NCBI GenBank assembly: GCA_027491435.1
Contig: JAOZFG010000004.1
Coordinates: forward strand, 192,001-256,000
Direction: 5' to 3'
From: Thermoproteota archaeon
Lineage (GTDB): Archaea; Korarchaeota; Korarchaeia; Korarchaeales; Korarchaeaceae
DNA: 64,000 bases
Shown in pieces: positions 1 through 9,311 of this stretch. The first letter of the stretch is position 1; every line of letters begins with the position of its first letter. Under the pieces are notes generated by a model. The model saw only the letters and a list, made by a program, of their open reading frames with translations. It did no database searches and had not been told where the DNA came from. The translations under genes and the position numbers were made by a program.

Positions 1-1746
1 GGAACAGCTACAGGAGTTCAGAGGACCGTCCTTTCTCTGTTCTCAGAGGAGCTAGTGAGTTATCAGTCGCTGGCCATGGTGCTGACCTTCTTGCCCATAC
101 TGACGTTCGGCATGCTCAAGGGTTTGGCTGACCTGCTGGCGGGCCTCATGTCCGACAGGTTTGGCAGGAAGCCCGTGGTACTCATGGGCACCATCTCTTA
201 CGCTGTAGGGATGCTAATTATGTTTGAGAGTCAGAATATAGTTCAGCTGGCTGTAGCTAACGTCCTCATAGGCTGGAGCCAAGGATTGGTGGATGCAGCA
301 ATAATGATAGTGCTCTCAGACTTAGGAGGCCCTGAGAAGCAAGGTCTCAGCATGGGCCTCATGGAGGGGTTCATCTATGGAGGTTACGCCTTCGGTTCGA
401 TATCCTCAGGCTGGGTAGCTGAGCTTCAGGGCCTCAGAGAATCCTTTCTTATAGGTGTTGTGTTCTCTACACTAGCTATAGTGGCCTCAATCCTGCTCTC
501 TGAGACGAGGGAGGAGAGTTCGGGGGACGTCAACGATATGGGGACCTTAGAGGCTTACAGAAAGTGCTTCGAGAGCACCACCCTCAAGATGACCTTCCTG
601 CTAGGCCACGTGGACCAGTTCTCAGACGCCCTAGTGTGGGCAAGCCTCCCCCTACTCCTGAACTCCTTGGGCTACTCCAGGTTCGAGATAGGTTTAGTTC
701 AGGGAGTTAACACCATAGCTTGGGCCGTGATGATGCCCCTCTCAGGCAAGGTATCCGACGTCTTCGGAAGGAAAGTGCCCATGCTGATGGGACTAACGCT
801 AAAGGCCCTGGGCTTGCTCTCCTTCTCCTTCCAACCCGATCTATTCCAGTCTGTAGCCCTTTCATCAATGATAGGCGCTGGTGTTGGACTCTACTATCCA
901 GTTATACCTGCCGTAGTCGCAGACTCCTCTCCGCCCTCCGTTAGGGGAAGGGCCCTCGGGCTCTACAGAGGGATTAGAGATATGGGCTATGTGACCGGCT
1001 CCCTCGCGCTTGGAGTTATTAGCGAATTTCTGAGCGTTCAAGCGGGCTTCTTGCTGACCCCAATACTAATATTTCTCTCGCTCCCCGCCTTGATTGCCAT
1101 AAAGGAGACTAGGCCGTTCTGGCCGGCCTATAACCTTGTGTTAGAACACGCTGAGAAGGTCAAGGAGTGTGTGGAGGAGCTAGGCAAGATGGTGGAATCC
1201 TATTACAGGGGTAGGAGGGACGTCGAGTCGTTAAAGGCCATAAAAGCCCTGGAACATGACGCTGACATGATAAAGGTGATGATAGACAGGCAGCTATGGC
1301 TTAGCAGTCTCACAGGCCAGGACAAGGCGGACTTTGCCAGGTTAGTCGGCAGGGTTGACAGGATAGCCTCCTTCGCCTTGGGCGCCTCAAGGAGCCTCAA
1401 CGTGGTGGACCCTGGGAGCATTCCTCCGGATGTGAAGGACCTAATGCCCGACATGGTCAAGATATCCATTTGGTCGATGAACAGGTTATACAAAGCTCTT
1501 AAACTGGCTAGGGAGGACGTTGAGAGGGCCCTAGAGGTTATAGGCGAGATAGACAGGTTAGAAGCCCTCTTTGACGAGCTCCACCTGAGGGCCATGGAAG
1601 GGTTAAGACACGCCAACATGGACTTAATTCAGCTATTGAGCTTGAGGGACTTCCTGGAGAGGTTTGAAAACCTGGTAGACTCAATAGAGGACGCATCAGA
1701 CGTTCTAAGAGTCATCATTTTTAAGCATATGGCGTGGCCAACATGA
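1..1746 (+). CDS. MFS transporter fused to C-terminal DUF47 (PhoU-like) domain; probably 5'-truncated by the window edge
   Basis: Frame is open from nt 1. MFS motif A occurs twice (GLMSDRFGRK, GKVSDVFGRK) with about 12 TM segments. The soluble helical C-terminus (LEHDADMIK...RVDRIA...IEDASD) is typical of DUF47. Confidence 0.85.
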   Translation, partial: GTATGVQRTVLSLFSEELVSYQSLAMVLTFLPILTFGMLKGLADLLAGLMSDRFGRKPVVLMGTISYAVGMLIMFESQNIVQLAVANVLIGWSQGLVDAAIMIVLSDLGGPEKQGLSMGLMEGFIYGGYAFGSISSGWVAELQGLRESFLIGVVFSTLAIVASILLSETREESSGDVNDMGTLEAYRKCFESTTLKMTFLLGHVDQFSDALVWASLPLLLNSLGYSRFEIGLVQGVNTIAWAVMMPLSGKVSDVFGRKVPMLMGLTLKALGLLSFSFQPDLFQSVALSSMIGAGVGLYYPVIPAVVADSSPPSVRGRALGLYRGIRDMGYVTGSLALGVISEFLSVQAGFLLTPILIFLSLPALIAIKETRPFWPAYNLVLEHAEKVKECVEELGKMVESYYRGRRDVESLKAIKALEHDADMIKVMIDRQLWLSSLTGQDKADFARLVGRVDRIASFALGASRSLNVVDPGSIPPDVKDLMPDMVKISIWSMNRLYKALKLAREDVERALEVIGEIDRLEALFDELHLRAMEGLRHANMDLIQLLSLRDFLERFENLVDSIEDASDVLRVIIFKHMAWPT

Positions 1747-1747
1747 G

Positions 1748-2215
1748 ATGAGGAAGCCCAGACCTCCAGGAAACTTCTCCTTCGTAGACGAGTGGGTCGC
1801 CGGGTCGGCCATGCTGCACGAGCCCGAAAACGTAGACTGGATCTTCTCCAAATCGATAAAGGCGATCATATCTCTGGATCCAATGATACCAGATGAGGTC
1901 GTGGAAAGGATCAAGGAGCTTGGGATAAAGCATTACCTGAAACCAATAGTAAATTTCTCGGCGCCCACATTGGAGCAGCTAGAGGACATAGTCGACACCA
2001 TAGTGGAGCACGTGAAAAAGGGGAAGAAGGTGCTGGTTCATTGCTGGGCCGGTTGTGGCAGGACAGGCACGGTCTTGGCTGCCTACCTAGTGTGGAAGGG
2101 TATGGACGCTGACGTAGCGGTTGCTAAGCTCAGGAGCCTAAGACCTTGTTCCATAGAGACTCAGAGCCAACTGGATGTGGTCTGGTATTACTGGAGGGTT
2201 AGGAAGGCTACCTGA
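1748..2215 (+). CDS. Dual-specificity (Cys-based) protein phosphatase
   Basis: CX5R motif VHCWAGCGRTG; IETQSQ Q-loop. Confidence 0.9.
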   Translation: MRKPRPPGNFSFVDEWVAGSAMLHEPENVDWIFSKSIKAIISLDPMIPDEVVERIKELGIKHYLKPIVNFSAPTLEQLEDIVDTIVEHVKKGKKVLVHCWAGCGRTGTVLAAYLVWKGMDADVAVAKLRSLRPCSIETQSQLDVVWYYWRVRKAT

Positions 2216-3629
2216 TTATCCTCCACTTGGTTCCCTGGGGGGTATCCTGAAGCTCTATGCCCAGGTCCCTTAACCTTCCTCTTATCTCATCCGATAATTC
2301 GTACATTCTCCTCTGCCTTAGCTGGGACCTCACTTCCAACAGAAGCTGTACTAGGGACTTCAGCATCACCGAATCGACGGCCCTCTCAACCCTTATCCCG
2401 AGAACGCTAAGCATTTCGTTGAAGGTTGAAAGGAGGATCCCCTTACCCTGCTCGCTTATCTCCCCTACCTCAGAGACGTAAGCGTTTGTCAACCTGATTA
2501 GCTCGTACAGGTTGGCCAGAGCTTCAGGAGTGTTAAAGTTATCCGCTAGGGACCTAAAGAACCTGTCCCTCAGATCCTTAACCTTATTTAACAGCTCAAC
2601 CTCTGCATTCCCCACTTCGGAGTTGACCTCCAAGTCATAGAGGTTGTCGTAAGCGGTCTTTATCCTCTGATAACTGCTCCTGGCCTGATCGAGGAGTTCC
2701 CACCTGAAGTCCATGGGAGATCTGTAGAAGCTGGAGATCAGGAGGAGCCTCACGGGCTCCGGGCCATATTCCTGGACCACGTCCCTTATCCTTATTATGT
2801 TGCCCAAGGACTTGGACATCTTCTCTCCCTTGATGGTCAGGAGCCCTATGTGAATCCAGTACTTCACGAAGGGCTTAACTCCAGTGTAACTCTCGGCTTG
2901 CGCTATCTCGGCCTCGTGATGTGGGAAGGCAAGCTCTATAGCGCCCCCATGTATGTCGTATTGCTTCCCGAAGTGCTTTATGGTTATGGCCGTGTCCTCT
3001 ATGTGCCACCCCGGCCTCCCATAGCCCCAGGGAGACTCCCAGCCGAACTCGTCCTTTGGTCTCTTCCTCCAGAGGGCGAAGTCGCCGGGGTTCCTCTTGG
3101 TGGGATCCGGCTCTATCCTGTGAACCCTCAGCTCCTCTATCTTCTGCTTGGACAGCTTGCCGTAGTCTGGAAACGTTGTTATATCGAAGTAAACCCCAGT
3201 CTCAGTCTCGTAAGCGTGTCCCTTCTCCAGCAGAACCCTTATCTGGTCCCATATCTCCGGCAGGTAGTCTGAAGCCCTGGCGTACAGGTTCACGCTGGTG
3301 ACGTTAAGAGACTCCATGTCCTCGTAGTAAAAGCTCTCGTACTTCCTGGCCAGCTTCAGCGGGTGCATCCCCTCCTCCTTGGCCCTGTTAATTATCTTAT
3401 CGTCTACATCCGTGATGTTCACCAAGTAGAAGAGCGAGTACCCTGCCCACCTTAGGTACCTGGCCACCGTGTCGAAGAACGTGAATACCCTTCCATGGCC
3501 TATGTGGGAATAGTCGTAGACAGTGGGGCCGCACACGAACATGAAGACCCTCTTACCGTAGAGGGGAACGAACTTCTCAACACGGCCCGTGAGGGTGTTG
3601 TAAACTCTCAGGTCAGCAAAGGCCGTCAC
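2208..3629 (-). CDS. cysS: Cysteine--tRNA ligase
   Basis: CGPTVY, HIGH, GRPGWHIE, FPHHE and KMSKS motifs. Confidence 0.97.
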   Translation of the reverse strand: MTAFADLRVYNTLTGRVEKFVPLYGKRVFMFVCGPTVYDYSHIGHGRVFTFFDTVARYLRWAGYSLFYLVNITDVDDKIINRAKEEGMHPLKLARKYESFYYEDMESLNVTSVNLYARASDYLPEIWDQIRVLLEKGHAYETETGVYFDITTFPDYGKLSKQKIEELRVHRIEPDPTKRNPGDFALWRKRPKDEFGWESPWGYGRPGWHIEDTAITIKHFGKQYDIHGGAIELAFPHHEAEIAQAESYTGVKPFVKYWIHIGLLTIKGEKMSKSLGNIIRIRDVVQEYGPEPVRLLLISSFYRSPMDFRWELLDQARSSYQRIKTAYDNLYDLEVNSEVGNAEVELLNKVKDLRDRFFRSLADNFNTPEALANLYELIRLTNAYVSEVGEISEQGKGILLSTFNEMLSVLGIRVERAVDSVMLKSLVQLLLEVRSQLRQRRMYELSDEIRGRLRDLGIELQDTPQGTKWRIIR

Positions 3630-3693
3630 CCATGAGGGTCACCACGAAGGTCCCCCAGATCATCTTTTAAACTTAACCCAGGATCCTAACTCC

Positions 3694-4713
3694 GTGCCAG
3701 ACCTCGCCAAGCTTCTAAAGTACTCCCTGCTGTTAGTGGCCCTGCTGTGGTCTGTAGCCGAGCAGGGAAGGTCTTTGCTGCCAGACTACAGGAGAGCCTA
3801 CGCTAGCCTGGTTCTAACGGCCCTTCTGTCCGCCTACCTATTCTTGGAGGGAGGCCTATCCAAGGTGGAGTTCGGCAAGGTCCTGATAGCCTCTTACTTG
3901 GCGCCCTTAGCCTCAGTCCCTCTAGTGCTGTTAAGGGGCCAACGAGGTCAACGAAAGGAGCAACAAGAGAGCAGCAAGAAGCTAAGCTTACTGGAGTTGG
4001 CCAGTTCATCAAGCCTGATTTTGTGTAAATCAGCCAGGTTGGCCAACGGAATACTGGGGGACCTTGCAGCCGAGCTGTCTGAGACTAGGAGGGTCGTCTT
4101 GGTAGACTGGTTCGGCAATCTAAGGGAGAGGTTCGGGGAGTACAAGCTGGCCCTTCCCAACGAGCTATGGCTATGCGATCCAGGTCACCTGGATGACGCC
4201 TACTTCCTCATGGTCTCCGACTTGATCTCCTTGTTCGTCGATGCTAACCCCTCTCTAGTAGTTCACGTGCTTAAGAACAGGGACTTCGAAATCCTCGAGG
4301 ATGCCAAGGTACCACCCGAGCTTAGGATAATTCTGGAATCCCTGTTCTCGCCGAACTCGATTCCCCTCTTGGAGGCCCTGCCCGAGTCTGCTGGGGTACT
4401 AATAGTAGATGCATCAGGCCTGTCGCCTCAAGCTAAGGAGGTGCTCTCCCTGCTAGTCCTGTTACAATCCGCAGCCTACAGAAAGAGGGACTTCATCCCC
4501 TTAACCCCTTCAATATCGCCCTGGGAGCAGGAGAGGGGCAAGGAGGTCCTTAGATGGCTGGCCAACTCCCTAGAACCTGGAGGTGGAATTATAGCCTCCA
4601 AATTCGTCTTGAAGGAGTACGCAAAGGAGTTCAGTTACGTACTTCAATGTGAGGGCTGTCAAGACGGCCTGAAAGTCGGTCAGTGGTCTTTATGTCCTCA
4701 CGAGAGGGTATAG
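3694..4713 (+). CDS. Membrane-anchored hypothetical protein, possibly degenerate HerA-like ATPase
   Basis: About 3 N-terminal TM helices; VVLVDWFGN and LIVDASGL resemble HerA motifs, but there is no Walker A. Confidence 0.5.
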   Translation: MPDLAKLLKYSLLLVALLWSVAEQGRSLLPDYRRAYASLVLTALLSAYLFLEGGLSKVEFGKVLIASYLAPLASVPLVLLRGQRGQRKEQQESSKKLSLLELASSSSLILCKSARLANGILGDLAAELSETRRVVLVDWFGNLRERFGEYKLALPNELWLCDPGHLDDAYFLMVSDLISLFVDANPSLVVHVLKNRDFEILEDAKVPPELRIILESLFSPNSIPLLEALPESAGVLIVDASGLSPQAKEVLSLLVLLQSAAYRKRDFIPLTPSISPWEQERGKEVLRWLANSLEPGGGIIASKFVLKEYAKEFSYVLQCEGCQDGLKVGQWSLCPHERV

Positions 4714-5820
4714 GAGAGAAGCCAACCAGAGCATCGGATAATAGGGGCCCCTCCTGACCGCTATGACGTCCTCTACAACCTTCTCTGGGATGACGCCTAT
4801 CACCTTGTTAAGCAAGCCCGACTTCATCAGGAAGTCGGCGGCCCTCCTATAAGTGAGCCCCAGCCTAACCTGAGGCTCTATGTACTCCTTGACCAGCTCT
4901 GTATAAGAGAGCTCAGGCTCGTCGCTCTCCAAGGACCTTGACAGGAGTATTGAAGCCAAAATCCCGTTGTGCATACCCCCTCCGTTAACGGGAATTACCA
5001 TGTTGGCTGAATCTCCAACTAGGAACACTCCCTTAGAGGCCACCGGGACTACCCTGCCGGAGACTGGCACGTACCTGCCAAAAACCCTAGTTTTAGCGCC
5101 CACACCCAAAAAAGACAGGAACTTCCTTAGGTAGGGGGTTGCGTCGCCCTTCCAATAGGTGAGCCTGACTCCGACCCCGACGTTAGCCCTCCCATCCCCC
5201 CTGGGGATGACCCAGGCGTAAGTCCCCGGTGAGAACTCCTCAGAAATGTAGAGGGTCATCTCCTCAGGGTTTTCCAGGGGTAAGCTCATCTCCAGGGGAA
5301 AAGCTATTGCTAGGTCGTCCTTGGATCCGTTAAACCGAATTCCGAAGCTTTTTGCCACGGCGCTGCCGTAGCCATCGGCGCCCACGACGTACCTTGCCTC
5401 ATGAGTTCCCTTGACGGTGACGACCTTCAGGGAGCCCCCAACGTTCTTCACACCCGTGACAGGGGCGGAAGTCAGCACCGAGGCGCCGTGCTCTTCAGCC
5501 TTAACGACAAGATCCCTGATCATCCCCCTTCTATCCACCGAGTAACCTTCATATTCGGCTGAGAACTTCCTGCCTGCCACCACCATGGAAACCCTCTTCA
5601 GGTCGTGAACCACGCGCTCTCTGAAAGCCTTCATGTAGGGTTCTCCTATCCAGTCAGGGAGCCCGAGCGACCTCTTGTCAGGCAGGTATTCACCGCATAT
5701 AACTCTGTGGGCTACTCTAGGATCCCTCTCCAGTAATAAGACCTTGTAACCGGCCAGCGAAAGAAAGTAGGCTGAGGAGGCCCCTGAAGGGCCAGCGCCC
5801 ACCACCACTACGTCGTACAT
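4690..5820 (-). CDS. Geranylgeranyl reductase family flavoprotein
   Basis: GAGPSG Rossmann motif; ICGE, GADG, YAWVIP and VGDSA...P.NGGG motifs. Confidence 0.85.
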   Translation of the reverse strand: MYDVVVVGAGPSGASSAYFLSLAGYKVLLLERDPRVAHRVICGEYLPDKRSLGLPDWIGEPYMKAFRERVVHDLKRVSMVVAGRKFSAEYEGYSVDRRGMIRDLVVKAEEHGASVLTSAPVTGVKNVGGSLKVVTVKGTHEARYVVGADGYGSAVAKSFGIRFNGSKDDLAIAFPLEMSLPLENPEEMTLYISEEFSPGTYAWVIPRGDGRANVGVGVRLTYWKGDATPYLRKFLSFLGVGAKTRVFGRYVPVSGRVVPVASKGVFLVGDSANMVIPVNGGGMHNGILASILLSRSLESDEPELSYTELVKEYIEPQVRLGLTYRRAADFLMKSGLLNKVIGVIPEKVVEDVIAVRRGPYYPMLWLASLLYPLVRT

Positions 5821-7604
5821 CAGGAAACTAGGACCTCCTGCTCCCTGACTATCCTAGGCAGCCTCCTAAACCTGTGGAAGAACGGCTTGTAAGTCTTGAC
5901 GTACAACTCGGTGTTCTCAAGCTCCACTATGTTCCTCTTGTACTTGACCTCATCTCCCACCTTGCCCTTACCGTATATGAACTCGAACTCCTCGAAGCTC
6001 TTAGAGTACTCCTTGATTATCTTGTCCCTGTAGAGGTCCGGCATAACGTTGTAGGTGCAGAACGGTATTATCCTGCCATCCGGGCTTAGGTAATGTATGT
6101 TGCACCTCATCACCCTCTGTACGTCGTAGTTGTAGAGATCCATGAAGTGCATCATGCCCAGGAACAGCGACTTGTAGTGGAACTCGCCTAAGGCGCTGTA
6201 ATCACCCCTCTTCAGGAATATCTTAATCATTAAAGCCTTGAAGTTGACTCCTTCAGGCTGCCTGTCCTTGTAAATGTATTTGCCTAGGTTCCTGATGACG
6301 CTCATCAGCACTAAGTGCTTTCTCTTGCCCTTCTTGAGCTCCGCCGCCTTCTCCTTTAGGAACTCATAGAAGCCGTCAACGTCGACGAAGTCCGTTATTG
6401 GAACGAACCTCTTCACCCTCCTTTCACTGCCAGCTCCCTCAAATTCGGGGAACACGTAGGTGGCAGCTCCGCAGGCTGGGTGATTGCCCATGTAAAGCCT
6501 GGGCTTTCCGGTAAGCGCCTCTATGAACTCGGTGATGGCCGTGGTGAACGGCACAGGGTACCAAGCCTCCCTGTATATCTCCCCGTTGGTCTGCTCCTCA
6601 ATTCTCTTTATGACATCTGGTATCGTTATCCTGTACTTTTCCCTCTCCTTTCTGGGCATCTGCCCCGTCAGTGATACGGGCTGGAAGTTGACCCCCCTTA
6701 TGACGTCTATGTTCAGCGCGGCGAACCTTATTATGTCGCCGACCTCGTGATCGTTAATCCCCTTTATAACGGTGGGCACCAGCACTATGCTAGTCATTCC
6801 AGCCCTCCTGGCCTCTTCAAGTATGTAAGGTATCTCCCAGTGGTTCTTGGGATTGGTTTCAGGGGTTACCCCGTCGAAGCTCATGTAGATGGTGTTAACT
6901 CCGGCCTCTCTCAACTTCCTTAGGAGTCCAGGTTTTCTCATGAAGGTTATGCCGTGCGTGTTTAACTGTATGTGGGTGACCCCCTTCCTCTTGAGCAACT
7001 TCACTATGTCAATGAGGTCATCCCTTAAGGTAGGCTCCCCACCCGTTATCTGCACAGCGTTTCCGTGGGCAGGCCTCTCGTTAATCAGGGAGTCGATCAT
7101 CTTCTCTATCTGCTCTAAAGTGGGTTCGTAAACGTAACCAGCTTTTTCAGCGTAAAAGAAGCAGTACCAACAGCTTAAATCACACCTGTTAGTCACGACC
7201 AAGTTGGCCAAGGCGGTGGCGTCAAGGTGAGCGTTACAAATTCCACAGGAAAACGGACAGGGAGCCGTTAGCTTGACATGTGGATTCTCCAGCCCCCTCC
7301 CAGGGGCTTCGAACTTGAGGGCTCTCTTAAAGAGCTCAGCGTCTCCCCAGTAGAGCTCCTCATACTCCCCGTGCTCGGGACAAACCTTCCTTATGTAGAC
7401 CTTTCCATCCCTCTCGAATATGACGGCCGGCAACAGCCTGTAGCACTCAGGACACACAGAGGAAGTGTACCTGATTAGCTTCTCTCCCTCTCTAAGATCA
7501 GGCTTAGGACCGCCTATTGCTATTTTCCTGCCCTCGACCTCAATGAATTTAGGCGGCGCTATTTCTATTACCATTTCTGAAACACCCAGTTGATACCCCT
7601 CCAT
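5820..7604 (-). CDS. tes: Tetraether lipid synthase (Tes/GDGT-MAS, MJ0619 family radical SAM); alternative start 7574
   Basis: N-terminal CPEC...CPEHG, CPFSCGIC..H, radical SAM CDLSCWYC, HPACG and RC.IHY..PDGRIIPFC. Confidence 0.88.
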   Translation of the reverse strand: MEGYQLGVSEMVIEIAPPKFIEVEGRKIAIGGPKPDLREGEKLIRYTSSVCPECYRLLPAVIFERDGKVYIRKVCPEHGEYEELYWGDAELFKRALKFEAPGRGLENPHVKLTAPCPFSCGICNAHLDATALANLVVTNRCDLSCWYCFFYAEKAGYVYEPTLEQIEKMIDSLINERPAHGNAVQITGGEPTLRDDLIDIVKLLKRKGVTHIQLNTHGITFMRKPGLLRKLREAGVNTIYMSFDGVTPETNPKNHWEIPYILEEARRAGMTSIVLVPTVIKGINDHEVGDIIRFAALNIDVIRGVNFQPVSLTGQMPRKEREKYRITIPDVIKRIEEQTNGEIYREAWYPVPFTTAITEFIEALTGKPRLYMGNHPACGAATYVFPEFEGAGSERRVKRFVPITDFVDVDGFYEFLKEKAAELKKGKRKHLVLMSVIRNLGKYIYKDRQPEGVNFKALMIKIFLKRGDYSALGEFHYKSLFLGMMHFMDLYNYDVQRVMRCNIHYLSPDGRIIPFCTYNVMPDLYRDKIIKEYSKSFEEFEFIYGKGKVGDEVKYKRNIVELENTELYVKTYKPFFHRFRRLPRIVREQEVLVS

Positions 7605-7644
7605 TCATATTTTAAGGTAACCCACCGGAGGAATTAGCTAGAAG

Positions 7645-8244
7645 ATGAATTCAGATAACGTCGTATCCAGATTAAAGAGGAATGTGATAGCTAGTTTAAC
7701 AGAAACATTGGGAATAGATCAGGATAATCTCTCAAATTATTTTATTAATTGTGAGTTTTCTTCAACAGTTAATTATAAATCATTCCTGGAGAAGCTGTGT
7801 GATATATTAAATTATCTAGAGTTATATGGATTTCATAGTCGGGAGAGCGTGCTAGAGAGCCTCAGGAAAGTTAGGGAACTGGCTAGGCTTGCACCTAGGA
7901 AGTTGAGGGACGTTGTGTCCTTGGTAGCCGTCTACTTGTGCTCATCAGAAGCCCTGAGTGAGACGCTGGAGTGGGCCGAGGATAATGAACCCTTCGTCAG
8001 GGCCTTGGCCGCCAAGTGCTTAGTAAAGCTATTCGCTGAGGGAGTTGTCTCCTTCGAGGTGCTTGAGAGGATATCTAGAGACCCCTCGCCCCTGGTGAGG
8101 GAGCACCTCATCACTTCCCTGGGCTCCACTAGAGGCGAGGGAAAAAGGGAGGCCTTGACCATCCTGAAGTCCATGCTAGCTAGGGAGAGAAGAGCGTCCC
8201 TCAGAACGAAGATAATGGAGTCAATGGCCAGGCTCCTGGAGTAA
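7645..8244 (+). CDS. HEAT-repeat protein
   Basis: EDNEPFVRALAAKCL and RDPSPLVRE repeats; the AT-rich 5' third makes the start uncertain. Confidence 0.7.
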   Translation: MNSDNVVSRLKRNVIASLTETLGIDQDNLSNYFINCEFSSTVNYKSFLEKLCDILNYLELYGFHSRESVLESLRKVRELARLAPRKLRDVVSLVAVYLCSSEALSETLEWAEDNEPFVRALAAKCLVKLFAEGVVSFEVLERISRDPSPLVREHLITSLGSTRGEGKREALTILKSMLARERRASLRTKIMESMARLLE

Positions 8245-8287
8245 GAAAAGAAATTAATTATCGCCCCCGAGTACTATGGGTGTTAAC

Positions 8288-8956
8288 ATGAAGGTCGTGT
8301 ATCTGGGTCACTCTGCCTTCCTCTTGGAGGGGAGCAGGAGGGTGTTGATAGACCCCTGGATCGAAGGGAATCCTCAGGCTCCCATATCCCTGAATGAGTG
8401 TAAAGGAGCCGACGTCTACGTCATAACTCACGCACATGGAGACCATGGCCTTGAAGACGCAATAAAACTCGCTAAGAGGCATGGTGGGGTCATAGTGGGG
8501 ATATACGAGATAGCGAACGAAGCTGCCTCAAAGGGAGTTAAGGAGACTGTGGGGGCCAACATAGGAGGGTTCTTTGAGGTTAACGGTGTGAGAATAGCCC
8601 TGACTACTGCCGTCCACAGCAGCCCAATAGGGGCACCAACTGGAGCGGTGGTAGAGCTGGATGGTAAGAGAGTATACCACGCTGGGGACACGGGAGTCTT
8701 CTACGACATGAAGCTAATAGGAGAACTTTACTCGCCTGACTTGGCCCTTCTGCCCATAGGGGGACACTTCGTAATGGGACCTCTTGAGGCAGCCAAGGCG
8801 ATAGAGCTGCTAGGGGTGAAGAAGGTAATTCCGATGCACTACCAGACCTTCCCAGTGCTGAAGGGGAAGCCCGAGGAACTGGTCAACTTGTTGAAGGAAA
8901 AGGGTCTGGACGTCGAGGTCATAGCGCTAAGGCCGGGAGAGAGCTATGAGCTCTGA
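8288..8956 (+). CDS. Metal-dependent hydrolase, metallo-beta-lactamase fold (UPF0173)
   Basis: YLGHS, THAHGDH, HSS, YHAGDT and PMHY motifs; GGTG SD before ATG 8288. Confidence 0.9.
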   Translation: MKVVYLGHSAFLLEGSRRVLIDPWIEGNPQAPISLNECKGADVYVITHAHGDHGLEDAIKLAKRHGGVIVGIYEIANEAASKGVKETVGANIGGFFEVNGVRIALTTAVHSSPIGAPTGAVVELDGKRVYHAGDTGVFYDMKLIGELYSPDLALLPIGGHFVMGPLEAAKAIELLGVKKVIPMHYQTFPVLKGKPEELVNLLKEKGLDVEVIALRPGESYEL

Positions 8957-9311
8957 AGTCAAAGTGAGGGAGACGCAGATAATAGCTGAGCTCTACGACG
9001 TGGAGAACTACCAGGTGTTGGACGACCCAGAACTTATGAAAGAAACGTTAAGAAAGCTGGCCGACACGGTGGGGGAGAAAGAGGTTCACGTACACGTCCA
9101 CGAATTCGAGCCCTACGGAGTGAGCGGTTTCCTTATGCTGAAAGATGGCTACGTGGCCATTCACACCTGGCCCGAGCATAGGTACGCTACCATGAACGTC
9201 GTAGGCTTTAAGGAGAGCTGGGCTTGGCAGGTCTATAAGAAGGCAGTCGTCCTGTTCAAACCTGGTAAACAGAACGCAATTGAAGTGAAGAGCGGACTTG
9301 AGACCACGTGA
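8946..9311 (+). CDS. S-adenosylmethionine decarboxylase-fold protein lacking the autocleavage Ser
   Basis: HEFEPYGVSG and IHTWPE motifs present; ES-H replaced by KDGY. Confidence 0.8.
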   Translation: MSSEVKVRETQIIAELYDVENYQVLDDPELMKETLRKLADTVGEKEVHVHVHEFEPYGVSGFLMLKDGYVAIHTWPEHRYATMNVVGFKESWAWQVYKKAVVLFKPGKQNAIEVKSGLETT

